Source of the DNA: an uncultured Alphaproteobacteria bacterium
GTDB taxonomy: Bacteria > Pseudomonadota > Alphaproteobacteria > Rs-D84
NCBI GenBank assembly: GCA_947646585.1
Contig: CANSHD010000001.1
Coordinates: 45,291 to 109,290 of the forward strand
Reading direction: 5' to 3'
Length of the DNA stretch: 64,000 nucleotides
Both the position numbers and the translations under genes were made by a program. Of this stretch, positions 19,263 through 30,006 are shown piece after piece; position 1 is the stretch's first letter, and the number at the start of each line of letters is the position of its first letter. The notes below the pieces were generated by a model, which ran no database searches, was not told where the DNA came from, and worked only from the letters and a program-made list of their open reading frames with translations.

Positions 19263-19396
19263 ATTATGTGCTCCTGTATATTAAATAAGATGCCTACATT
19301 CTTAAGTGCTAGTTTACCAAAAAACACCGATTCGGTGCAAGGCCAAAAGCACGCGCCGCCGCCCCGATAAAAAAGCCCCGTTTGCGGGGCTTTTTG

Positions 19397-20155
19397 TTAC
19401 TTGTTTAACACCTTTTCCAGTTTCGCACGCAACTTTTTCATGTCGTCGTATTTGGTAAACTTTCCTTTTTCGGCAATCGAGATGTCGCCCGATTCTTCGG
19501 AAACCACCAAAACGATTGCACTCGACACCTCGGACAGGCCCAGTGCCGCGCGGTGACGCGTGCCGTATTTCCAGTTCAGATTGTTCTGCGACAGCGGCAA
19601 AATTCCGCCGGCCGACGCAATACGACCATTTTCAATGATTACCGCACCGTCATGCAGCGGCGTCTTGTTAAAGAAAATCGTCAGCAGCAATTCGCTTGAA
19701 ATAACCGCGTCGATTGTCACGCCCTTTTTATCAATCGCGCTTTCATCCAGCATCGACGGGAACACAATCAATGCACCGGTGTGCTTGGCCGACATGTATT
19801 CGACCGCGGATACTATCGCATCCAGGCTGCGGGTATCCTTTTGAACGACGCCGCCGCGGCGCAGCAGACGGCTCCACCCCTGAACATTCCCCAGCAGCGC
19901 CATAAATTTGCGCAGTTCCGGCTGAAAAATAACAATCAACCCCAGCGACAGGAACAACGCCGTCCAGTGCAGGAACCCGCCCAGCAAATCCAAATGCGCC
20001 CAAGACAGTATAAAGCTTGCAATCCACAGCACCGCCAGCCCCAGCAGTCCCCGCACCAGCTTTTCCGACTGCGTGTTCTGAATAAAGCTGCGATAAAACA
20101 GCAGTATCATCGCCGCAATAATTATAATCTGAATAAAACCGACCCAGTTAAACAT
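19397..20155 (-). CDS. cdaA: Membrane-anchored diadenylate cyclase (CdaA/DacA type)
   Basis: 3 N-terminal TMs, IFQPELR, GALIV, PLHDGAVII, GTRHRAALG, VSEESG motifs. Confidence 0.92.
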   Translation of the reverse strand: MFNWVGFIQIIIIAAMILLFYRSFIQNTQSEKLVRGLLGLAVLWIASFILSWAHLDLLGGFLHWTALFLSLGLIVIFQPELRKFMALLGNVQGWSRLLRRGGVVQKDTRSLDAIVSAVEYMSAKHTGALIVFPSMLDESAIDKKGVTIDAVISSELLLTIFFNKTPLHDGAVIIENGRIASAGGILPLSQNNLNWKYGTRHRAALGLSEVSSAIVLVVSEESGDISIAEKGKFTKYDDMKKLRAKLEKVLNK

Positions 20156-20179
20156 TTACGCCTTCCTTTTGTTTTGTTG

Positions 20180-22270
20180 TTAATTTTCCATTACGGTGCC
20201 GATTAAATCCTCAATCGGCGCCCCCAACCATTCGGGGTCATCGCGTCTGTCCGGCGCCCCGCGTTGCAGCGCGGTCTTGCACGGCTGGTCGTCCGCCAGC
20301 CAGTTTTCCAGCAAGTCACCCGCCAACAATCCTATTCCGGCACCCGCCGCCAGGCTTATTCCGCCCGTAAACGGTGCCAGCAGCAGTCCGATTCCGGTGG
20401 CCGACGCCACCTTGCCCGCAACCGCCGCGCCACTTATTTTTATATCAGGTTCGGCCAAATTTCCAGAAATTTCTATCGAATTCATAACATTTCCCGTCAG
20501 CGACAGTTTCAACCCGCGCACAGGCACCGTCGTCAACGCCAGACGCATGCTTTCCTGGCCGAAATCCATGTTCCCGGCCAGACGCAGGTTTATCGCATTC
20601 GTCTCGACCGCAACACCGTTTTCCGTTTCAATGCGCCCGTCGCGCACCTTGGCGGATATGGCCGCACACGATATCTTTATCTGGTTGTGCTTTTTTTCCG
20701 AACGGAACAGATCCTGAATACTGTGGCGCAGACTGGTTAAAAAATCCGTTCCGTACATGTTCGCAACCAGCGCCGAGTGCGCATATCCCGACCCGTTTGA
20801 ATAAATCTGAACCGGCCCCGTCACCGTGCTCATCAACTCCGCCAGGTCCGCGCCCCGCCCGCGCAGATAAAAGCGCAGTCCCATCGGCAGCCCGGATATC
20901 AGGTCCGGTTCGCGCACCTGCTCCAGTATCTTGCCGACCTGAATATTTTCACCAAATCCCGCGGCAATCACGTCCAATGTACCGTCGCGCTCTATCACGA
21001 CGTCGGCCGAGGCCTTTGCGACACCGTCGCCGATTCCGGTATATAAATCCAACCGTCCGGAGCCCCCCGCCAGCCGCAGGCGCAAATCGATGTCGTTCAG
21101 AGCCAGCTCCCGATACACGACCAATTTATCAATCTCGGCGCGCAGATTCACATCCATCGTCAAAAATTCTTTACCGAACAGCGGGATATCCTTAAAAACA
21201 TTCAATTCGCGGTCGCCACGCGCGCGGCGTTTCGGCGCATACAGTTCCGGAAACAATTCCATCAAATTGATTTCCCGCGATTCCAAATTTAAGTTGAACG
21301 TCGTTCTTTTCTTGGTCCAATCATAATCGCCCGAGAAAAATATTTCATTCCCGCGCACCAGAACACTGGACCGGCGCAACGTGATTTTACCGCGCCCGAC
21401 GCCGCCTGCCAGATTGACATGCATCGTCGGCATATACGCCAAATCCAGATTCAGCATCGCCCCCAGCGCTGCAATATCGGGAATATCGCCGGCGATTACA
21501 AAATCTATCGGCGCGCGGCTGGTCCCTTCCAGCGCAATATTCGCAATCAGTGCGTCGCCGCCGGTCGATATCGCGACGCGAACGGGGTAAACCTTGCGCT
21601 CCGGATTATATTCCGAATAAGAAACGATAAAGGGATAAACCTTGTCCGCCGGTTTTATCCATCCCGCATACTCGCGCGCATCGTCGCGCGGCACATACCG
21701 GATATCCATCCCCGACAGCGAATACGTCGCATCCAGCAGATGCAGAACCGCGTTCTTGACCGTCACCCCGCCCAGTCCCGGGTCCGCAAACGGATACTTT
21801 GGCTGAACGGGCGCCGCCTCTGCGTCCGCCGCGCCCGCATCCGGCGCCGGGGCGGCATCCCGGCCGCGCGGCATGATGGAATATTCGCCGGCATCGTTTT
21901 TCTCTATGCATATCGACGCATCATTGATTTGTACATTCTTAATCGTCGGCCGGTCGCGCATCAGCGACAGCAAATCCAGCGTCACGTCAACCGTTTCCGC
22001 GCTGAACGCATATTCATGGCGCGCCCATTCGGCATTGCGGACGCGAACCTGGTGCAGCTCTATGCGCGGCCGCAGCGAGAATTTCCACGACACCGCCCCT
22101 TCTATTTCTATATCCAGTCCGGTCGCCCCGCGCAAAATCCCCAGAACATCACTGCGCAGCGTTTCCAAATTAACCTGGCTAAGCGCGATAACAAACGCCA
22201 CAATCAGTCCCATGAAAAATATCGAGACTATGCGCGCGATTGTAAAAAACAAATTCTTTCGAAACAGCAT
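20180..22270 (-). CDS. AsmA-family protein
   Basis: N-terminal TM anchor, ATG..I.IEG...W.FSLRP start, beta-rich body, AsmA-like C-terminus (I.GNLAEPDI). Confidence 0.75.
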   Translation of the reverse strand: MLFRKNLFFTIARIVSIFFMGLIVAFVIALSQVNLETLRSDVLGILRGATGLDIEIEGAVSWKFSLRPRIELHQVRVRNAEWARHEYAFSAETVDVTLDLLSLMRDRPTIKNVQINDASICIEKNDAGEYSIMPRGRDAAPAPDAGAADAEAAPVQPKYPFADPGLGGVTVKNAVLHLLDATYSLSGMDIRYVPRDDAREYAGWIKPADKVYPFIVSYSEYNPERKVYPVRVAISTGGDALIANIALEGTSRAPIDFVIAGDIPDIAALGAMLNLDLAYMPTMHVNLAGGVGRGKITLRRSSVLVRGNEIFFSGDYDWTKKRTTFNLNLESREINLMELFPELYAPKRRARGDRELNVFKDIPLFGKEFLTMDVNLRAEIDKLVVYRELALNDIDLRLRLAGGSGRLDLYTGIGDGVAKASADVVIERDGTLDVIAAGFGENIQVGKILEQVREPDLISGLPMGLRFYLRGRGADLAELMSTVTGPVQIYSNGSGYAHSALVANMYGTDFLTSLRHSIQDLFRSEKKHNQIKISCAAISAKVRDGRIETENGVAVETNAINLRLAGNMDFGQESMRLALTTVPVRGLKLSLTGNVMNSIEISGNLAEPDIKISGAAVAGKVASATGIGLLLAPFTGGISLAAGAGIGLLAGDLLENWLADDQPCKTALQRGAPDRRDDPEWLGAPIEDLIGTVMEN

Positions 22271-22280
22271 CTTTATTTCT

Positions 22281-23249
22281 TTATGGCAATTTCAGCTCCA
22301 GCAATTCCACAACGGGCCGCATAAATTCCGGCAGCTGGCCGCGCAGTGTCGTCATGCGCCCCGTCGCCGGGTGCTGAAACGTTATCTTGTGCGCAAACAG
22401 GAACAGATTGTTGGTTGCCAGAATGGATTGCAACGCCGGCTCCGAATCAAAATTACCGGTCCCGTACAGCGCGTCGCCGACAATCGGCGCGCCCAACGAA
22501 ATCGCGCTATGTACACGCAGCTGGTGCGTACGGCCCGTTTTGGGCGAGAACTGAATCCAGCATAACGTGCCCGCCTGTGTCAAAACGGTGTAATCGGTTA
22601 TCGCGCGCTGGGGCCGCTGGCCGGCGCCGTTGTTTGTACGTGCGGGGGTGTCGAACACCTGCCCTTTTGTCATGTAATTGTCTATTGTTCCGTGGTCCGG
22701 CGACACACGGCCGTTCAACAGTGCCAGATATTGTTTCTGGGCGGTCTTGTTCTGAAACTGCGCCGCCAGTTTTTGCGCCGCCGCCTGATTTTTCGCCACG
22801 ACCAGCACACCGCTGGTCTCGCGGTCCAGACGATGAACCAGCGCAATCTTGTCATACGGGAACAGCGCCGCTGCCATTTTATCAACAGACTTGCGAATCC
22901 CTGTCCCGCCCTGCACGGCCAGACCGGCCGGCTTGTCAAAAACAACGATATCGTCGTCGTTATGAATAATGCACCGGCGCAGCGTTTCCAAATCCGCCAG
23001 CGAGAAAGCCTCGCCCGATTCGGATTTTTTCGGCGCAACCGCATATCCCGCCAATGTCGGCGGAATGCGCACCATGTCGCCCGCGCGCAGAATTTCATTT
23101 CCCGAAACGCGCGATGAATTTACGCGAATCTGGCCGCCCCGGCACAGCTTGTGAAACACCCGCTGGGGCAACGACGGATAGCGGCGCAGAAACCACCGGT
23201 GCAGCCGCGCGCCGTCCTCGACCTGTGAAACCGTTGCCATTTGTGCCAT
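22281..23249 (-). CDS. RluA/RluC-family pseudouridine synthase with S4 domain
   Basis: KPAGLAVQGG, HRLDRETSG, TGRTHQLRVH, PIVGD.LYG motifs. Confidence 0.93.
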   Translation of the reverse strand: MAQMATVSQVEDGARLHRWFLRRYPSLPQRVFHKLCRGGQIRVNSSRVSGNEILRAGDMVRIPPTLAGYAVAPKKSESGEAFSLADLETLRRCIIHNDDDIVVFDKPAGLAVQGGTGIRKSVDKMAAALFPYDKIALVHRLDRETSGVLVVAKNQAAAQKLAAQFQNKTAQKQYLALLNGRVSPDHGTIDNYMTKGQVFDTPARTNNGAGQRPQRAITDYTVLTQAGTLCWIQFSPKTGRTHQLRVHSAISLGAPIVGDALYGTGNFDSEPALQSILATNNLFLFAHKITFQHPATGRMTTLRGQLPEFMRPVVELLELKLP

Positions 23250-23254
23250 ATGAA

Positions 23255-23719
23255 TTATTCGCCGTATGTTATGTAAACAGTATTTCTGCCATTCCCGTCG
23301 GTGCAGCTGCCGGTTGCGCCGCCGTCGGCGCCGTTCGACATCTGGTATCCAATCGAATCGGACCACGCCTTGGTCACAAAATACTTGCAGTCGCTTTCGG
23401 ACAGGCCGTTAATGGACACGATAAACTGGCGCGAATTCGCCGGGTCCACATTTAACTCATACGTGCCACCGTACGGATTCTTGGCGTTCATGCCGATTGC
23501 GCCGAAAATCGTTGCGTTGTTAATGTGCGAATAATCGTCAAATTCGCCCAGCAGCTGGCGTACGCCGGTTACAATCTGAATAACATCGTCGTTCACGGCG
23601 CTGCGCTTTTGCGTGCGCATTGCGGTTGAAATCATGCCTATGGCACCAACCGTAATCACACCCATAATCGCCAGCACCCCCAGCATTTCTATCATGGAAC
23701 GTCCGGATTCTTGTCTCAT
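23255..23719 (-). CDS. Type IV (IVb-like) pilin
   Basis: ESG|RSMIEMLGVLAIMGVI class III signal with Glu+5; NPYGG and a C-terminal Cys pair as in PilS-like pilins. Confidence 0.8.
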   Translation of the reverse strand: MRQESGRSMIEMLGVLAIMGVITVGAIGMISTAMRTQKRSAVNDDVIQIVTGVRQLLGEFDDYSHINNATIFGAIGMNAKNPYGGTYELNVDPANSRQFIVSINGLSESDCKYFVTKAWSDSIGYQMSNGADGGATGSCTDGNGRNTVYITYGE

Positions 23720-23770
23720 GTCTAATTCCCCTATTTGCTATTTGTTTTTTGATATTATATCATATTCGGC

Positions 23771-25195
23771 ATGAGTATTCAATTTTCTGATTTGATAGAA
23801 AACAGTCCCGGCGCCCCCGGCGTGTACAAGATGTACGATGCCGACGGCACCCTGTTGTACGTGGGCAAGGCGAAAAATCTGTCAAACCGATTAAAGCAAT
23901 ATATCGACATACCGAAACTGGAACCGCACAAACAGGTCATGCGCAGCCTGGTTGCGCGCGTGGAATGGGAAACGGTTCCGACGGAATCGGACGCCCTGGT
24001 CCGGGAACAGGAATTAATAAAAACGCAAAAGCCGAAATACAACATAATGTTAACCGATGGGAAAATGTACCCCATGCTGGCATTAACGGCGGGCGAGTTT
24101 CCGCGCCTGTTGAAATTTCGCGGCAAATTATCCCAGCGGCGCGACATATACGGACCCTATCCGTCGGTATCCGCATTGAACGAAACGATTAAGACAATTC
24201 AAAAGGTATGCCAGATTCGCACCTGTAACGACACGTACATGCGCAACCGCGCCCGCCCCTGCCTGCTGCATCAAATCGGCCGCTGCAGTGCGCCGTGCGT
24301 GCGCCCGCAAAACGACTATGCCGCGCGGGTGTCTTTGGCGCGCCGAATCCTAACCGGCGACAGCGAACCGATTGTCAAAGATTTAGCCGAACAGATGCAA
24401 AAATATTCGGCGAATCTGGACTTTGAATCGGCCGCCGAATGCCGCGACAAAATCGCCGCGTTGACGCACACCTCAAATCGCGGTATGCGGCGGCCGGCTG
24501 CACATAGCGCGAATTTGGACTGGGCGAATACGGTCGCGGAATTGGAGAAATGGCTGGGGCTGAAAATCGAATGCGCGGGCGTGTTTGATAACTCGCACCT
24601 GTTCGGGAAACAACCCGTCGGTGCAATGATTGCATTCGGCCATGACGGATTTATAAAATCGGCATACCGGCACTTTAAATTAAACGACATGTCGCGCGCC
24701 GGAAACGATATCGCGATGATGTCGGAATTTGTCGGCCGCGCGGTCGAACGCGGACCGAAACTGGATTTGATAATCGTTGACGGCGGCCGGGCCCAATGGA
24801 ACATTGCCCACCGCCGCGCACCGAATATTCCGATTCTCGGCGTCACCAAGGGCGAGGTTCGCGACGGCGACGAACACTTTATCATGCCCGACGGAACAGA
24901 ATGTTGGGACCTGCCAAAGGATTCAAAACTGTTTTTATTACTGCGCGCCGTCCGTGACGAGGCGCACCGTTTCGTCATCACATACCACCGCACGGTACGC
25001 GCAAAAACGGTAACCGCGTCCGTCCTGGACGAGATAGAGGGTATCGGCCCGGCCCGCAAAAAGGCGCTGATGCTGCACTTTGGCTCGGCCCGGGCGGTGG
25101 GCGACGCGGATTTGCCCGCTCTGTTAAAGGTGCCGGGGCTGGGAAAAAACGCCGCCGAAAAAATATATGCCTATTTCCATTCCAACGTGGTATAA
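23771..25195 (+). CDS. uvrC: Excinuclease ABC subunit C (compact)
   Basis: PGVY, YVGKAKNL, PKYNI, FDNSH, DGG, RDEAHRF, HhH C-terminus. Confidence 0.95.
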   Translation: MSIQFSDLIENSPGAPGVYKMYDADGTLLYVGKAKNLSNRLKQYIDIPKLEPHKQVMRSLVARVEWETVPTESDALVREQELIKTQKPKYNIMLTDGKMYPMLALTAGEFPRLLKFRGKLSQRRDIYGPYPSVSALNETIKTIQKVCQIRTCNDTYMRNRARPCLLHQIGRCSAPCVRPQNDYAARVSLARRILTGDSEPIVKDLAEQMQKYSANLDFESAAECRDKIAALTHTSNRGMRRPAAHSANLDWANTVAELEKWLGLKIECAGVFDNSHLFGKQPVGAMIAFGHDGFIKSAYRHFKLNDMSRAGNDIAMMSEFVGRAVERGPKLDLIIVDGGRAQWNIAHRRAPNIPILGVTKGEVRDGDEHFIMPDGTECWDLPKDSKLFLLLRAVRDEAHRFVITYHRTVRAKTVTASVLDEIEGIGPARKKALMLHFGSARAVGDADLPALLKVPGLGKNAAEKIYAYFHSNVV

Positions 25196-25230
25196 TATGA
25201 CTATTCATATATTATAAAGGAGAAAAACAT

Positions 25231-25833
25231 ATGAAATTTTTTGTGAACTGTTTATCGGCGTTCCGTATTGCGGCGGCGTTTGCGATTATCCCGACACTGA
25301 TGTTCCAAATGTATTGGACGTCATTGATACTGTTCGTGCTGGGCGCGTTGTCAGACTGGTTCGACGGATACCTGGCGCGTAAATATAACGTATGCAGCAA
25401 AATCGGCGGCGTAATGGATCACATCGGCGACAAACTGCTGGTGGTGAACACATTGATTATGTTAACCGTCATGATGCCGGTTTGGTTTATCGTTGTGCCT
25501 GTAATTATTCTGATTGCGCGCGAATTGTACATCAGCGGCCTGCGCGAATTTTTGGGCACCCAGAAAATAGAAATGCCGGTGCCAAAGGCGCGCTTTTCCA
25601 TGGGCAAGATTAAAACCACGCTTCAGATGATAACGATTACTGCGTTCCTGGGTCTGTTTGCAATGACGACAACCGTATCGCCGGCCGGCATTACACGCGG
25701 CACGTTGGTCGCCATGAACGTAATATCCCAGATTGGCATATTCGGATTGTGGGCCTCTCTGTTGGCATCTGTTTGGAGTGCCACGCAGTACACGTTCACA
25801 TTCGCGCAAAAGATAAAGCAAATCAAAAAGTAA
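25231..25833 (+). CDS. pgsA: CDP-alcohol phosphatidyltransferase (PGP synthase)
   Basis: DWFDGYLARK...G..D..GDK motif; follows uvrC. Confidence 0.88.
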   Translation: MKFFVNCLSAFRIAAAFAIIPTLMFQMYWTSLILFVLGALSDWFDGYLARKYNVCSKIGGVMDHIGDKLLVVNTLIMLTVMMPVWFIVVPVIILIARELYISGLREFLGTQKIEMPVPKARFSMGKIKTTLQMITITAFLGLFAMTTTVSPAGITRGTLVAMNVISQIGIFGLWASLLASVWSATQYTFTFAQKIKQIKK

Positions 25834-25907
25834 AAAACGTGCTATATACATAAAATCCGCCATATAGGCGGATTTTTTATTTGGATAAAATTTGCATTTT
25901 GCGCTTA

Positions 25908-27038
25908 TTAAAACCAGCCCTTTTTGCCCGGCTTGGTTTCTGCAAATTCGGCCAATAATTTTTTCTGCTTGTCCGTTAACCGCGTCGGAATCTTGATTCC
26001 AATCTCTATATACATGTCGCCATACGACCCGGCGCGACGTCCCGGCATGCCGTGGCCGCGCACGCGCAGACGTTCGCCGACCTGGGTGCCGGCGGGCACC
26101 TTTACCGACAGAGTCTTGTCATCGATTGTTTCCACGTCAATCTCGCCCCCCAGGGCCAGTGTCGTGAACGGAATATCCATGTGCATAATCAAATCGGACC
26201 CGGCGCGTTCAAACCGCTTGTCCGGGCGGACACGCACGTCCAGATAAAAGTCCCCGGCCGGGCCGCCGTTTGTTCCGGCCTCGCCCTGGCCGGCCAGGCG
26301 CAGGCGCGCACCGTCTTCGATACCCGCTGGAATCTTTACCTCCAGCGTGCGCGATTTTGCCGTGGCGCCCGTACCGTCGCACGCATCGCATTTCTTGTCA
26401 ATCTTGTGCCCGGTGCCGTGGCATTCGGGACACGGCGCCTCCATCGCAAAAAAGCCCTGCTGTACGCGTACATAGCCCGACCCGCCGCACTTTGAACATG
26501 TCGGCGCCGGCTTTCCGTCGGCGGTGCCGTACCCGTGGCATTTTTCACATGTGGCGTTGCTGGTAAATTTTACGGTGTGCGTTTTGCCAAAGTATGCGTC
26601 TTTCAGGTCAATCACAACCTCGTCCAGCAAATCACGGCCGCGTCTGTCGGCCGTCGCGCCACGCGAAGCGCCCGCGCCGCCGCCAAAATCACCGAATCCG
26701 AAACCACGCATCGCCTCGCGCAGGATGTCCTCCATCCCGGCGCCGCCGCCCATGTTGAAATTAAAGCCCCCGCCAAACGGATTGCCGCCGGCACCCGCCG
26801 ACGCGCCGTTTCCCCCCGCAAACGCGGCGTTGCCGAAACGATCGTACGCCGCCCTCTTTTGCGGATCTTTTAAAATGTCAAAGGCGTTGTTGACTTCCTT
26901 AAACTTATCCTCGGCCGATTTGTCACCCGGATTACGGTCCGGATGGTATTTCATAACCAGCTTGTGATAGGCTTTTTTAATATCGGCGTCCGACGCATCG
27001 CGCGCGACACCCAAAACTTCGTATGGATTGCTGTTCAT
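25908..27038 (-). CDS. dnaJ: Chaperone DnaJ
   Basis: HPD J-domain, G/F region, four CxxCxGxG repeats. Confidence 0.97.
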   Translation of the reverse strand: MNSNPYEVLGVARDASDADIKKAYHKLVMKYHPDRNPGDKSAEDKFKEVNNAFDILKDPQKRAAYDRFGNAAFAGGNGASAGAGGNPFGGGFNFNMGGGAGMEDILREAMRGFGFGDFGGGAGASRGATADRRGRDLLDEVVIDLKDAYFGKTHTVKFTSNATCEKCHGYGTADGKPAPTCSKCGGSGYVRVQQGFFAMEAPCPECHGTGHKIDKKCDACDGTGATAKSRTLEVKIPAGIEDGARLRLAGQGEAGTNGGPAGDFYLDVRVRPDKRFERAGSDLIMHMDIPFTTLALGGEIDVETIDDKTLSVKVPAGTQVGERLRVRGHGMPGRRAGSYGDMYIEIGIKIPTRLTDKQKKLLAEFAETKPGKKGWF

Positions 27039-27166
27039 TTTTATACGTCCGTATTTATTTTTCTCAGAATATATAAGCCTATTATACTAAAATTCAAGCC
27101 CAATGAAAACCCAGACTGACAGAAAAAAGCCAGTCTGGGAAATCATACCCGAAAAAATGGGATTGT

Positions 27167-27763
27167 TTACCGACGACGCGACAAAAAGTCCTGAAAGTCA
27201 TGCAGACTTCTGAAAACACGCGGATGGCAATGACGCTGGATGTTCGCCTCGGCGGCACAGCCTTCTATCAATACCGGCAAGATGCGCCAGCGCGCCGGCC
27301 AATCCAAATCACGTGCGCGCGTACCCAGAATAAAGTTCATCGCGTTTTCGTCCGCGGCGGTGGACGAACACAGATAACCGCGCTTTGACGCGAACGGACT
27401 GATTAGCTCGTAATGAGCGGCTGCATTCATGCACGGCGCAATCGCGCGATATTTCTGCTCCAGCTTATAGGCCTGGTGCGGGAACGCCATCTGGCCGCAA
27501 AATTCAATCGTTACCCCCGGCATGCGCGACAACGCGTCTAATGCCTCTATCGCGCCGGGACGAACCGTGGGATTTTTCGCGCATTTGTACAACACGTCGG
27601 CAATATCGGTCGCCATCAGACGACGCCCCAGCCCATACTTGTACGCCAGCGTCAATGCCGCGCCCTTTACCCGGCCGTAATCCGCACGGGCAACCTCAGA
27701 AAAATTCCGGTCAACGGGTTCGAACACAACCCCGTTCAAATCAATAATCACCTTCTTGTTCAT
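27167..27763 (-). CDS. Degenerate HAD-like hypothetical protein
   Basis: N-terminal IIDLNGV (motif I DxD changed to DxN), RPGA.EAL..L. Confidence 0.5.
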   Translation of the reverse strand: MNKKVIIDLNGVVFEPVDRNFSEVARADYGRVKGAALTLAYKYGLGRRLMATDIADVLYKCAKNPTVRPGAIEALDALSRMPGVTIEFCGQMAFPHQAYKLEQKYRAIAPCMNAAAHYELISPFASKRGYLCSSTAADENAMNFILGTRARDLDWPARWRILPVLIEGCAAEANIQRHCHPRVFRSLHDFQDFLSRRR

Positions 27764-27926
27764 AGTACAACCTCGCTATTCTATTATAAGAATAAAAACT
27801 TATACCAAAAATTATATTTTGTCAAGAGATTTTGTAAAGTTTCTATTCCTATCCGCATACAAAAAGCGCCGGAAAATATTCTTTGGACTTGCACAAAATC
27901 GAATAATGTTCTAATAATTATATGCT

Positions 27927-29906
27927 ATGACAGAAACACCTACACACACATATGACGCATCGGATATTCAGGTACTGGAGGGGCTGGAGCCTGTCCGTCT
28001 GCGCCCCGGAATGTATATCGGCGGCACGGATGAAAAGGCCTGGCACCATTTGCCGGTGGAAATCATGGACAACTCGATTGACGAGGCGGTTGCCGGCTTT
28101 GCCAAAAAGATTTCTGTAAACCTAATCGATTCCAAAACGATTGAAATCACCGACGACGGACGCGGCATCCCCGTGGACGAGCATCCAAAGTATCCCGGCA
28201 AATCCGCGTTGGAGGTTATTTTAACCACCCTGCACTCGGGCGGAAAATTCAATAATAATGTATATAAGACCAGTGGCGGTCTGCACGGTGTCGGCAGCGC
28301 GGTTGTAAACGCCCTGTCGGTGGAAATGATTGTGACAATATCGCGCGACGGCTATGAATGGCGCCAGACTTTTTCGCGCGGCAAACCGACCAGCCCGATG
28401 ACCCGCGGCGACGCCACAAAAAATCACGGCACAAAAATACGCTTTACAATCGACGATGAAATATTCGGCGAAAACGCCGTGTTTAAGCCGATAAAAATTT
28501 ATCGCATGGCCCGCGCCAAGGCCTTTTTGTCACGTGGCGTAAAAATCGACTGGCACTGCAATCCGGAATTATTGACCGAGGATATGAATATACCGGCCGA
28601 CACCACGTTTTACTACCCGGGCGGTCTGGCCGATTTCCTGGCGGAAAAGGCCGACAGCAAGCCGCGCATTCTGCCGAAAATTTTCAGCGGCAGTGTCGAT
28701 TTCCCGGACGGCAGCGGCCGCGTGGAATGGGCGCTGACATTTTTAACGGATGAAAACGGTGCCGCATCCGACGACGGATTCTTTGCATCATACTGCAACA
28801 CAATCGCAACCATTGACGGCGGCACGCACGAAACCGGATTCAAGGGCGCGATTACCCGCGGGATAAAGACATACGGCGAAAAAGTCAACAACAAGGCCGC
28901 CGCAAACATCATCGGCGACGACGTATTTGATTCCGTTGCGGCGATTGTGTCGGTATTTTATAAAACGCCGCAGTTCTTGGGCCAGACAAAAGAAAAATTA
29001 TCCAATCCAGAGGTTGCCCGCTATACCGATGCCGCCCTGCGCGACCCGTGGGAAATATTTTTGGCGTCCGACCCGAAAACGGCGAACGCGGTACTGGATT
29101 TTGTAATCAATTTGGCAAATGCCCGTATAAAGACCAAACAGGTCAAAGACGTTGCCCGCAAGACACCGACAAAGCGCATTCGCATGCCGGCGAAACTGGC
29201 CGACTGTTCCAAACACGGCATAGAGGGGACGGAACTGTTTATTGTTGAGGGGGAATCGGCGGGCGGTACGGCAAAACAGGCGCGCGACCGCGCAACCCAG
29301 GCCATCATGCCCCTGCGCGGCAAGGTATTAAACGTTATATCAAATTCGGACGAGCGTTTTGGCAACAACAAAGAACTTAACGAGTTAATTGATATCATCG
29401 GCGCTGGCACAGCCAAAAATTGGGACGAGAACAAACTGCGCTATGAAAAAATCATCGTTATGACCGATGCCGACGTCGACGGCAGCCATATTGCATCCCT
29501 GCTGATGGCGTTTTTCTATTCGCACATGCCGCAACTGATATACGGCGGTCACCTGTATCTGTCATGCCCGCCGCTGTATAAGTTGACACACGGAACCGAA
29601 TCGATTTATGTCGATACGGACGAACAGCTGGAGGAATTAAAAAACGGCAAGTACAAGAACAAGAAAGTTGAAATCTCTCGATTCAAAGGTCTTGGCGAAA
29701 TGATGCCGAACCAGTTAAAGGAAACGACAATGTCGCCCAAAACGCGCCGTTTGATTCGCGTTGATTTGCCGCCGCGCACGGACGACGGTCTGGAAGACAC
29801 GGAAAAAACACGCACAATTGTGTCGGAGTTAATGGGTAAAAAACCGGAATTCCGATTTAAGTTCATAACCGAACACGCCCAATTTGTAAAAGACCTGTTT
29901 GTTTAA
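27927..29906 (+). CDS. parE: DNA topoisomerase IV subunit B
   Basis: GHKL ATPase motifs, VEGESAGG, MTDADVDG, RFKGLGEMMPNQLKETTM; 659 aa without the proteobacterial GyrB insertion. Confidence 0.88.
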   Translation: MTETPTHTYDASDIQVLEGLEPVRLRPGMYIGGTDEKAWHHLPVEIMDNSIDEAVAGFAKKISVNLIDSKTIEITDDGRGIPVDEHPKYPGKSALEVILTTLHSGGKFNNNVYKTSGGLHGVGSAVVNALSVEMIVTISRDGYEWRQTFSRGKPTSPMTRGDATKNHGTKIRFTIDDEIFGENAVFKPIKIYRMARAKAFLSRGVKIDWHCNPELLTEDMNIPADTTFYYPGGLADFLAEKADSKPRILPKIFSGSVDFPDGSGRVEWALTFLTDENGAASDDGFFASYCNTIATIDGGTHETGFKGAITRGIKTYGEKVNNKAAANIIGDDVFDSVAAIVSVFYKTPQFLGQTKEKLSNPEVARYTDAALRDPWEIFLASDPKTANAVLDFVINLANARIKTKQVKDVARKTPTKRIRMPAKLADCSKHGIEGTELFIVEGESAGGTAKQARDRATQAIMPLRGKVLNVISNSDERFGNNKELNELIDIIGAGTAKNWDENKLRYEKIIVMTDADVDGSHIASLLMAFFYSHMPQLIYGGHLYLSCPPLYKLTHGTESIYVDTDEQLEELKNGKYKNKKVEISRFKGLGEMMPNQLKETTMSPKTRRLIRVDLPPRTDDGLEDTEKTRTIVSELMGKKPEFRFKFITEHAQFVKDLFV

Positions 29907-30006
29907 AAAACGCCCCGACCTGGGGCGTTAATATTTGCGCCAAATAATATTGACGTATAAAATATTTGTACTATAATATATACATAAAACAAGAGGGATT
30001 CAGAAA

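Noticed and set aside
27927-29906. gyrB
   Set aside because: Length and C-terminal motif (GEMMP.QLKETTM) fit alphaproteobacterial ParE better
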